Notes under the pieces: generated by a model
Database searches by the model: none
Told to the model about the DNA's origin: nothing
What the model saw: the letters and a program-made list of their open reading frames with translations, nothing else
Origin: Oikopleura dioica
Taxonomy: Eukaryota > Animalia > Chordata
Assembly (NCBI GenBank): GCA_907165135.1
Contig: OU015566.1
Span: 2,542,001-2,606,000, forward strand
Direction of reading: 5' to 3'
Length of the DNA stretch: 64,000 nucleotides
Part shown: piece by piece, positions 31,601 through 41,730 of the stretch
How positions within the stretch are numbered: position 1 is the stretch's first letter
Layout of the letters: the number at the start of each line of letters is the position of its first letter
Program-made: the position numbers and the translations under genes

Positions 31601-34600
31601 TTCCGACGCGGTCCGACACTGCTATCTGCGCTGCAAAAGCGCTCATCTACAAGGTCTTCCTTCCCATGGATTTCTTGCCGAAACATCTACACAGTGACAG
31701 AGGTACCCACTTCTGCGCAAGCGTGATTGACGAAATGTGTAAGCTTAACCAGATAAAACATACAATAAGTACCGCATTTCACCCTCAATCAAACGCTTTC
31801 GCAGAAAGAGCGAATCGGACTATCAAAAACAGTCTATTCTGCATGGTCAACTCATCTTCCGGTCGAAAAACTTGGGCCGACTGCGTTCCCCACGTGATGC
31901 GCGCGCTCAATAGTGTGAAAAACAAAAGCACGAAAATTTCACCGCGAGAAGTTTGGTTTGGCCGAAAAAGTACTTTCACCCACTCTACTGGCGCAGAAAT
32001 GACAGCGGAAACACCTCAGGTGTTTGGTCTCAATGTTGGAGCTTTAGCGAAATCGGCGGAAGCCATTGTGAAAACTGCGATGGAAGCTGCTGACCGAGCC
32101 ATGGAGCACAGGCTGAAAAACGAGCCTAAGCCGAGACCAATCCCCGCTGGCGCTGTCGTGTACATTAAGCGAGAAAACCTGACCGACGCTAAAAGCAAGA
32201 AGGAACGCTGGGTAGGTCCCCTGAAAGCCGTTTCGAGCAACGACTGGGTCGTCATGGTCGAAGATAAAAAAGGACAACGTGATTTCATCCATCGAGAACA
32301 CGTGGTTCACGCCGCAGAACGAAATCACGACTTACGCTGGATTGATTACTACGAGGCCGAGTACGTATTCCCACATTTAACCGAAATCGTTAAGTCGAAA
32401 GTCCCACAAAAATCGCCTGTTCCTACTTCCAAACCGATGGAAAAGTCCGGGTCGAAGTCGCATGGGGGGAGGAAATCTTCTCAGGTCGCGTCGACTCCGA
32501 TGGTTGCTATGGAAAAACCGCCAAGATCATCTCTATCACCTATTTTGGAAAGTAGACGCCGATTGGACATGGAAAATCTGGGAGATACAACCGCTACATC
32601 TATTTTGGACTCGTCGGTAGCTCCAGCCGAGCCGTCAGATCGCTGGTACTCTGGTGGTACTCTTTATGAAACTGCCGAGGACATGTCAGCTGATGCTACA
32701 GTGATTTCGGAGGTTGCTGCGCCCGACAATAGCCATATGTCAGTCGATAAACAAAATTCAACAGTAGTTGAGGGCTCAGCAACTGAAAACAGCAAGAAAA
32801 GAACCCGTCCAAAGTCTTCACCAGATCGTCAATACTCAGCCGGCGCCGATCCGAATGCGACTTTAACCGAAGTTGGAGCAGCTCATCTCCCGAAACATAC
32901 AAAACGAGCACACCGTGAAACGAGGCCCGTCGAACCTCTAAACATCGGCACAAACTCGGGTCAGTCATACGACTAAGCGCAAGTACTGCCCCACTCAGGT
33001 CCCCTATTCATCGACCGGGGCCTGAAAAGGTACGGAAATTATCACAGTTTACCGTCGCCGACGTATTTTGAGTTCTTCTACATGTGCAGCTACTCCTTCA
33101 TGTCATCACCGCTCGGACATCACGAAAACTTCGCATCTGATTCAAGCTTTTTCCCAAAAAGGGTTTTTAACGCGAATCAGACTGCCTCGACGTTTCGAAC
33201 CTGCCATGTTACTCATCTTACGCTTATACTCCTGCAAAAATCACACACTTTGGCCTTAGAGGACGTTTCAGTCTCATGGGGGTATTGGGATCTTAGATTC
33301 GTTAGACTCCCTCGTCCCCTAAGGTCACTTGCTTATCTAGATCGAGCTTTGCTCGGTCGCCGCCGTGTATTTCTCTCCATTCGGTAATTCACGCAGTTCG
33401 TGAATTAACCTCTATTTTACTCCAGCTCGAAATACAGACGTCAAAGATACTTTACTCGTTTTCTTCACTCGTCCAGATATAGAGAGCAGGCAAACTACGC
33501 TAGAAGTGGGAGATTCAGCAGAAGCTAGGATCCCTTCACTAGGTACAGGAAAACGCACGAAGGGAGTTAACCTGTTTTTTTAAGCCACAAAGTCGCTCTG
33601 AAAGAAATTCGGCTGGACGAAGAAGAAGGGTACTCCTGCACAACGATCAGGGAAATTTCACTTCTACGAGGACTGAAGCAAGCTAATATCATCACGCTTC
33701 ATGATATCGTCCATACGAAGAACATGATTACTCTAGGTTCGTTTCTCTTGGCCGAAGCTTGCGCAGAAAGAACCTGTTATAAATCGATTTTCAGTGTTCG
33801 AATACAGCGATTGCGACTTGAAGCTGTATATGGAGCACGTCAAAAGCGTCGACATGAACGATGTGCGAATCTTCCTGTTCCAAATGCTTCGTGGTCTAAG
33901 TACGCCTGTCTAGCCTCTTTATGTCTTATTTATTTGCCGATTTAGGTTATTGCCACGCGCGACGCATTTTGCACCGCGATTTGAAGCCGCAGAATCTTTT
34001 GATCAATTCGAAAGGAGAATTGAAACTGGCGGATTTTGGTCTCGCCAGAGCGAAGAGTATCCCGACGAAGACCTATTCCAACGAGGTCGTTACTTTGTGG
34101 TACCGCCCGCCGGATGTTCTTCTCGGAAGGTAAGAAGATCCTCCTCCTTTTCTTTTCTCTACGGTCAAATTAAGCGTCGAATACACAACTTCGATCGACA
34201 TGTGGGGCGTGGGATGTATTTACTACGAAATGGTCGCTGGTCGACCCTTGTTCCCCGGCAGTACTGCAGACGATCAATTGGAAAAGATATTCAAAGTTCT
34301 TGGCACTCCCACTGAAGATTCTTGGCCAGGTACTTCCTTTTCACCTCCCTTATTTCCAACATTTTCATTAAAAAAGGCATCATTTCGTCTGATCGAATCG
34401 AAGCAAAGGGCCTTGTTGGCTTCAAAACGCGCAAAAACGCAAGACATTATCCTGGCGAAGACCTTTCAACAATGGCGTCGAGATTAGACCTTCACGGCCG
34501 AAATCTTCTTCAGAAGTTTCTTTCTTATGAAACGACCAAGCGCATTGGCGCGAAAGCAGCAATGGATCACTCTTTTTTCAAGGTAAGGAATTCTTGGAAG

Positions 34601-34890
34601 CAAAATACTCCCAAAAAACAGTTTGAGGTGGTCAACCTGTTTAGAAAGCCTGAGTCAGGGCCGAAAGAGCTTTTCTCGTAACCACTTTGTGCCCTGACTC
34701 AGGTTTCCTACACGAGTACCGAGGTCAGCGTCAAGCTTTAATTCAGGTGCTGGGTAGCGAAGTGCGCCAACTGAAAGAAGACCAGCCAATTTTCAAAGCT
34801 CGTGGCATTCGGCTGCGCAACCCCGTTCCCGGCGAACGAAACAAATCCGCGAAGACGGCGGTTGATCGCCGCCGCTCCCACATTTTCTAG
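25609..34890 (+). CDS. CDK16: PCTAIRE-type cyclin-dependent kinase (CDK16/17/18 family), interrupted by LTR element 2
   Basis: [143 protein letters not shown]. The symbol denotes the family; exact orthology among CDK16/17/18 cannot be resolved. Confidence 0.92.
27056..27311 (+). repeat. 5' LTR of element 2 (256 bp; TA...CA ends)
   Basis: Direct repeat of 33283-33538. The boundary is ambiguous by 1 nt (alternative: TSD ACTA, ends GT..TC). Confidence 0.93.
27313..27323 (+). other. Primer-binding site, tRNA-iMet type
   Basis: TGGTATCAGAG, the classic initiator-Met PBS of LTR retrotransposons. Confidence 0.9.
27824..29371 (+). CDS. gag: Gag-protease ORF (515 aa) of element 2
   Basis: Basic stretch [12 protein letters not shown], no CCHC; aspartic protease [12 protein letters not shown]...LLGRDIL; ends in TGA in frame with RT. 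Confidence 0.88.
   Translation: MAANKSLLETVTEIRSINDRVNYLEEQVRNDESLKPSLEPLITESRVKLEQLSTTLLTCELDQGKDSTNATMREEAWVATTWSRHVQDLPKLDAACNTSFNTFLGRADIYHRAYVRDRPSREQPFIAAVYSHFDLNIERSLGTEFLNCQDWKSAKALLEKSFAAKSHYLLKLSEVFDVEYDHSKPFAHYTANVLQKMNEAKQATLNSYRQEKSADAGVDEIFDIFSTMMLYLNLRKEEPDVFNAILPSLSKVYDINELCRLAQSTRQNRVDSATVSQHFNRNKNKKKKNAKRASTDSKDGKDDKQPESKKINTTKNVEDFQPFDVHFYTVKKKRPGKAYFASATIITGSKSFDVSMEVDSGAESSCLSAAYVPDKFLQMLKPCPFKVTGFSPNIPAEQPRGILPCRLSFNGGPAFSLNLTIMPGSKYPSLLGRDILENAMTDSFTVDNKNRTLSFCYNEAFTQTETQVVKLDGVKRTKIKKYLTTRSAVKDSDRSRTQPPREVPKLDAPNKNAAR
29372..32976 (+). CDS. pol: RT-RNase H-integrase of element 2 (one apparent 1-nt frameshift at ~30160)
   Basis: [23 protein letters not shown]; [23 protein letters not shown]; H-x4-H..C-x2-C, QIDF, SDRGTHF, AERANR; GP motif then a ~200-aa S/T/P-rich tail. 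The frame changes at CACTTTTGGGCCG (HFLGR needs one more T). Confidence 0.92.
33283..33538 (+). repeat. 3' LTR of element 2
   Basis: Matches 27056-27311; preceded by a short G tract (CATGGGGG). Confidence 0.93.
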
Positions 34891-35229
34891 CAAAATTTCA
34901 ACGAAGATATCGCTTCTTGCCAAAAACAGAAATATCGTTCAAAAAAGCCCTTTCTTTACCTGTTTAGTTTTCATCTCGTGCCAAAATTCGAATCGTTCTT
35001 TTCTAGCAAAAGTTCTCAAAATATGCATGCAATATCATCTCGTCTCCGCTCTTCATTCAAACTCTTAAATTTCAGCAATTTCACGATTCTAGTTTTATTT
35101 AGAGTCAAAAACCCATATTCGTGGACTCAATAAAATATTATGCTCGTTTCTACAATAAATGTTAGTTTCTTTTCGATATTTTGAAAATTAAAATAATCCA
35201 TTTTCTTTTGAAGAAAAACGGAAAATCCG

Positions 35230-36641
35230 ATTTCTAGCGTGCTCGAAGAAAAAGATTATGTTTCGAAAGGTAAGAGAGATATTTCCTAAAATGTTCTTGT
35301 TTTTTTTCTTTCTTGTGTATTTCGTTTCGGAAGCTCGAGGCATCCGATTCTCGAAAACACCTTAATCTCGTTTTTCAGCGAAAAGCAAAAGACGCCACAA
35401 AACTGAGAGGGACAGACAAGCCGATCAAAGAGCAGAGTTTCGTGAAGAGGATTCAAATGGAAGTTCCCGCCGACGAGCCGCGATTGACCAAGGAAGAAAT
35501 GGACAGACGCAAAAATCGGGGTAAGAAATGAAAATCGCTAGTTTGGTCCAACTCGATTTAATTTTTGATTGTAAAGAAGTGGGCAAGAATCGCTTATAAG
35601 TATTCGCAAATTTTCTGTTTAGACCCGTATCCACAAGATCTGGATCATTTGGAACTATCGCTGCAGGATGCCTACGACGACAATCGCTACAATGAAAGAC
35701 TGGCGGCGGTGAAGCATGATCGAAAAGACCCGGATGCGGAAGATGATCTGATACCCGACTGCAGGGTCAGATACTTGTTTAGTTGGGTGGAGCGAAGAGA
35801 CGAGGAGGAATACTGCATTATTGGTAAAAGACTTCTTTGACGAGCGTTTTTATCGATTTCTAGAGCCGAAAACGAAACAGATCATTGAAAAAGCGGAAGA
35901 AATAATGAAGAATGAACCGCAAGAAGATCCCGATGTTCCTGTTCTTTTCACGCCATCAGCGAATGGTGGTAAAGGAAGAGCCAAGCCCTATCGGAAGACA
36001 CAAATGATCGAAGGTAAATGAACGAGTTGTCGCCGAGCCGAGGCACCTTTTGATAATGTTTGAGCAACTCTCCTTTCAGACAAAAACGGCGTGAATCTTC
36101 CCCTCGTCATGATCCAAGCACCAAACATCGAACGCTACGATAGCGGGCTCTACAACTACAGGCATAAGCGAATGGACCTGCTACCGAGCGAGTACACCTT
36201 GGCTGTATTTTTGTCGCTTCACTGCGAAACTAACAATGACAAAACACGAATGCTGACGCTGAATAGGGAATTCGAGGAAGACTACAACAACTACAGTAGC
36301 ATCCACGCGGTCATGGCGAGAAATAAACATCTTTACGATTGCTTGTACAAAACCAGCAACATTGGCGTGAAAAGACACAGTTTCAAGAACGGCGATTTAA
36401 CTATTGGTAAGCATTTGCATAGCCGGGTTTTTTGATGCATTTTTAAGGCGAAATCAAGATGAAAAACTGGATCGGAAAAGTCCTTGGCGATGACAACACA
36501 ATCCGCCAGCACCAAGAACAGTGCAAAATCCTTCGAGAAAGTCTGAAAAGAAGAGAGCCGGAAAACAACTATCGTATTCTTGTTGGAAACCGCGATTTAC
36601 TCGGAGCGGTAAACGAATTTCTAGTTGGCTCCTTTTCATAA
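35230..36641 (+). CDS. Uncharacterised multi-exon protein (~350-400 aa); family not recognised
   Basis: Consecutive ORFs 35313, 35565, 35821, 36091 and 36459 separated by short GT-AG introns, with protein-like composition. Start uncertain. Confidence 0.6.
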
Positions 36642-37016
36642 TGTTTAGTCGCAAAATCTGAACTGCCAGGAAACTTGGGAAAACGGCGGAATCGCCGGTG
36701 AAATGGGCCCTGGTCGCTTCAAAGAAACTGTCAATCTCGCTCCGGAGTTTGAAAAGCTCTTCCATGGCTACAGAGAGAGAGAACGCGAATTTCTCCGGAT
36801 GCGAACGACGAAATATGTTGAGCCTGGAAAGAGCCAACTTGGCGGTCTTCTCTGAGCGTTTTTTTAACTGTACAGTTTCCACTGCCAAGATATTTGTTCT
36901 TCACAAAAAAGTTAAAAGATTTTTCCAAGTATTCGATTTTTTTATTTTTTAAGCAGGTATTCTTTCAAGAAGCAACAGATGATGCCCAGTTTTGCTTCTT
37001 TTATAAAGAAAATTTT

Positions 37017-37913
37017 TCATTGTTCTTTTTCTGGAGTTTCTCCGGTAAACTTGACATCTGGATAAATGATTGAGACCTCGTTATCTTCTTCGTATCCGTC
37101 AGAGACTTGGACGGAAAAGCCGGCCTTTTGCACTACGTGATCGGATTGGAAATGGACGTCGACGAAAGACGAAGCGAAGGAGAATCGTGTTTCCTGAAAT
37201 AGACGATGAAAAGGACAAAAATACCCCAGTAGCGTCTTTACCGATTGAGTTCCAGTGAAGGCATATTGTTCTCCAGCGTCATCACGGAAAACGAGATTGT
37301 CCCAAAATTCTTCGATTTCAAAGGAAGTGAAGTCGAAAGTGAGTCCATCCGTTGAGGAGGAGAATCTGTTGGTGCACTGAGAATTTGAGTTGTAGTTACT
37401 CTCTGGATAATTCGATGATCTGAAGAAAAAGTGAATGAAAAAATAATTCATTTCATTTAAGAAAAAATACTCACTGAAAAGTTCCAGTGCCAGAAACAGA
37501 GTACTCGTTATCACCATCGCAGATTCCAACAATCAATGAATTAATCGATCCTTGATCAGAAAACTCAGTCGTGAAATTGTACGGGTTGTTACGGGGCCCC
37601 AAGCTGAATTTCTTTTTGAACAAATGCATGAAAATTTGACTTACTTATCCCGTGAAACAGCTGCTCCAATGCCTCCAAGGATAATCATAAAAACGAAGAA
37701 AATGCAAGGGCAGCAAATTACGCCGACGATGAAATAGGCGCATGAGTTGTCCGACTTTCTTTGCTGCATAACGACCGGCATTGGTTGCGGGGAGGGTGGG
37801 GGTTGGTAGTAAGCTAAATTGTGAATATTTGCGAAAATTTTGAATTAAAAAAAAATCTTACGTTGTTGAGGCGCATTTTGCTGAACATTCAAAATCATCG
37901 GAGGTTGCTGCAT
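37017..37913 (-). CDS. Type II membrane protein with a CUB domain
   Basis: TM AYFIVGVICCPCIFFVFMIILGGIGAAV; CUB motifs SSNYPESNYNSNSQC, TFDFTSFEIE..WDNL, HFQSDHVVQKAGF. Confidence 0.75.
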
Positions 37914-38280
37914 TTTGCTGGCTGAGCTATCAAACCGTTTTTTGTTGCTACGAGGCTCCTTTACTAACGAAAACTAATTTTACTGAAAAACAAACTTGCT
38001 TGGTAAGTATTGGTTCTAGAAAAAATGAATGAGACTGTATTACGATTGACTCAGTTCTGCAGGCCATTTTCTGTCTTTTGCGTAGAAGTTTAGTCCGGAA
38101 CATTTCATCTGCTTTTCAATTTATTTCAGTAAATATCCTTTATTATGAAATGAACAACAGTTATTTTTGGAAAATGAAGAAAGTCGGTGACAAATAGTAT
38201 TTTTGTACAGGAGCTGCGTACCAGTTAGATAAGAGCTGATGAAGAAATTTATGAATGAAGATAGTGTTTTCTCATTTTTT

Positions 38281-39210
38281 TCAAGCGCTATCGAGCTTGA
38301 TCTTTTTTGGTTTCGAGAGATCAAGGGGCTTTTCTTGCTCAGTCAGGTTTTCCGGCGACGAAAAATATTCAGAAGAAGTTGTGTCCGGCTCGATTTCTTC
38401 GATCGTCGCAGAGTTGGATTCTTCGTTGTTTGCGGAGCCAGTCATTTCGAGCAGCTGCTGGAGCGCTAAAAGAAAATGAATTTGGGCTGGCTTTCAGTTA
38501 ATTGAAGCTTACCAAGAAGAGTTTGGAGGTTCTGCAAGTTCTGTAGTCCCTCGGCTCCTTCTCCCATGCCAAGTTGATTTGCTAGGCTCAGGATTTCAGA
38601 AAGAGTTTCAGCCGGAACTCCTGAAGAGAAATATCAATAATAGATTGATTGAATTTTTTGTTTTTGTCTTTACGAACCTTGAGAAGTCGGTTCAATAGCT
38701 GGTAGAGCCTTTTTCTTCTCCGTTTTTGGTCGCTGTCTTTTGCGAGGTGTCTTGGCCGGAGAATCCGCCGGCTTTGGAGAAGCCGCTGTTTTTTCTGGCG
38801 AAAATCGATAACTAGCAAGAGTGAGGGAAGGTGGAGAAGGAAGGGTTTCGACTGTGGTGTCGACTTCGATTTCGGAGTGGTTGAAGTTTTCAGGAAATTG
38901 GACGAAGCGGTAGACAAACTTTTGACCGGAGACTTTTTGGATGATGTTCTGAATTGAAAGCTTGGGAAGACGAAAAAATCGTTGTTGATTTTTACCTTGT
39001 CGTAGTAATATCTCAGTGCCCGGGAAAGCTTGTCATAATTCATGTTATTCTTGTTTTTTCGCATTCCCCAAAGACGGGCGACTTCTTCCGACTGGTGCAG
39101 CTTGAATTCGCCCTCTTTTGAAGTCCAGCTGATCAGATCACGTGAGCTGGGTTCCATCAATAGCTCCAAAAGGAATTGCCAAAGAGTGATGTTCACGTCA
39201 AAACCTGAAC
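38281..39210 (-). CDS. ETS transcription factor, TCF subfamily (ELK1/ELK3/ELK4-like); 5' exon(s) uncertain
   Basis: [11 protein letters not shown]...[46 protein letters not shown]|[16 protein letters not shown]; last exon ends ...[17 protein letters not shown]. Confidence 0.85.
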
Positions 39211-41730
39211 AAAACAAAATGAAATTTAAGATTTTCGAGAATTTTTCGCTGTTTCGTAAATTTTCAAAATTATCAATAATACTTTTCTTCGGTGGAAAGA
39301 GTCAACCCTTATGCCATGTTAATAAGCTAGTAAAGAGACTGGAAAGAGCAGCAGTAATCCGAAATCAATGACTCCGGCGGGGAAGATGAATCGGCTTATA
39401 GGATCGCGGAAGTTGGCGTCCGTCTGTCTTCTCCTTTTTTGCTGCGAGAAAGAAATCGATCGGTCAAAGCTCTCGCCCCGGGCCAAAAGTCAAAGAGGTT
39501 GAAAATGAATCCATTTGGACCCGGCTTAATGTAGTCAGAAATAACGCGTTTTTGAGAAATCTGAGCCAAGAAATATACTAGATGGAAAATATACTATCTT
39601 GAAATCTGTCTCGAACGATAAACTAACAATCTTAGGCGTGTACTCCTCAAAATCATCAAAATCTTGATATGACAGACTTGAGAATCGTTGAAAATTCCTC
39701 CGGAAAAAAATTCCTTCCCAGCGGAACAAAATGATCGACAGAAGCGGAAGAAATTTTCCGGGGCGAGGAAATATTCAAATCTTATCAGATCTTTCTTTCA
39801 ATTAAATATTATCAAAAATATTTCAAAAAAGCAATTTTGTATTGTATCGTCTGCCACTTCCGCCATGCGTCAATCGCTTTCGAGTGATCCAGACTCGCGG
39901 CGGAAGTTGAGAGATCGTCGAAATTGACGAAATTGACGAGGAAGGCCACTTCCGCCACGCAAGCAGCATCCCGCCTGGCGGAAGACGCCTGATCCGGTCC
40001 CTGAGCTCAGGCCCACTTCCTTCTTCCCGAGAGAGCTTCTCAAGGGCAAAGATTACCAAGAGCTTGAGGAGAGGCAAATCGAATCCCGCGATGGAACGGA
40101 AGCCGATTCATTTAAAAACTCGCGATCTCCCGCTGCGAAGAGTCAAGAGCAAGAAAAGGCCAGGGTTATAAAGTCATCTCCTTTTCGAAAAAAGAAATCG
40201 CGTACACTGTGTATCCGCCATTATTACCGAGAAGGTGTTAGGATATCGATCGGAGCAGGAGCTAATGCATCAAGCCCGCGTCTCCGGGATCTATCGATGC
40301 AAGCGCGAATGGGAGGAAATTGAATTCAGATTTAAAGCGAGGCATATTTTTTATTGATGCATCAAAATTTATTCTTCTTTCAAAAAAATAATAATTAACT
40401 TCAAAAAAGGCATAATCTTAGTTAAAATCTGAAAAAAAATCTTTTTGTAAAAAAAAAATTTTTTTATCAAAAGTTCATTTGAAAAAGCCGCGTGCGGCTT
40501 TTGTTTGATTTTCTCTCAATAATTTTTACCTTTATTAGGAGATGAAGAAGAATCACTTTTGCTTTTCGGCTCTTTGGTTTTGATGACAACAATGTTATTA
40601 TCGCTGGCGTTTCCGGAGTCTTCCATTTTTCTGATCTATATTTTGCTGAAGAAAAAGGTTTAAAAATGCGGAGGAATATCGAATGTGCTTTTGATGGAAT
40701 GGCTTTTGGTCGTGCCGGGGGCTAGTGAGCGAGGCGACTTCCGTATGGCGCGAAAGGAAATCGATTCGCCTCGGGCCCCGAGGGAAATCGGCGGCCCCGG
40801 AGCAGCAAAAGCGGTAGTGCATTATACAGACAGTCTAGCTTGCGATTTACTGTATCATATTTCCAGGAAAAAGGGAGTAAATTGTTTCATAATGATTTTC
40901 GAAGAATTTCATATTGATGAATTTTATCGAAGAATGCTTGGATTATAAGTTAATGACACGCGGCTTTAATATTCAACTTGATCTGAAAGCCGTATTACAG
41001 AGTTTTTCACATAAAAATTATCATATTGAGATTTACCTGCAAAAAGCCGCGCGCGGCTATTTCATTTTCGATCGAATTTTCCTCTCAAGATTTTTGATCA
41101 AAATTCTTTAAAAAAAACCCAATGGAATAATTTTAAAAATCCCTCTAAAAATAAAAAAGCCGCATGCGGCTCAAATATTTACCGAATAATATATTTCATT
41201 TTCTTGAGCTTACCTAAAACCAAGAAGAAATTCCTTCAAAAGACGATTCTCTCTACGAAAACAAATTCGATATTCTGTGATTGCGGCCTGGCCCGTACAG
41301 GAAAAGGAGCCGGGATCTGTATCCCCTGGGATTTATTTTCGGAAAAGCTCTTTCACCGGAATGATCTGTTTTGTTCGATCTCGCGCGCCGCTCTAAAAAA
41401 GGAAACTCCTTCCAGCACAGGATACCCGCGCTTCGGCCATTTTTCTTTCAGAAAGATCCGGATCTCGCTTTTCTCACCCGTGACTATCGCATTTTTTCTC
41501 TCTTTCTGATTTCTTTAGCGCTATCGCATCGCGTGAAGCCGCTTGTTATCGCAAGAAATTGCTCTTTCGTGAATCAGCGGTAAATACAGTATTGTTGGTT
41601 TAAAAAATGCGACAGAAAACTTGATTTTTTGAGACGATTTTTCGATTCTTGATAAGTTTGACCAAAATTTTGGTCAAAAATTTTCGAACTTTTCGTCGAT
41701 TCTTGACCAAAATTTATCACCAAATCATCA

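Larger units (their letters stand above)
27056..33538 (+). mobile_element. Ty3/Gypsy LTR retrotransposon without env (Tor-like), 6483 bp
   Basis: Two 256-bp LTRs with no difference seen; TSD CTAG (27052-27055, 33539-33542); iMet PBS; gag-PR, RT and RH-IN ORFs. Confidence 0.96.

Noticed and set aside
36454-36928. Small minus-strand gene overlapping the 3' end of the orphan gene
   Set aside because: The ORF is plausible but overlaps another CDS antisense and has no motif; insufficient evidence.
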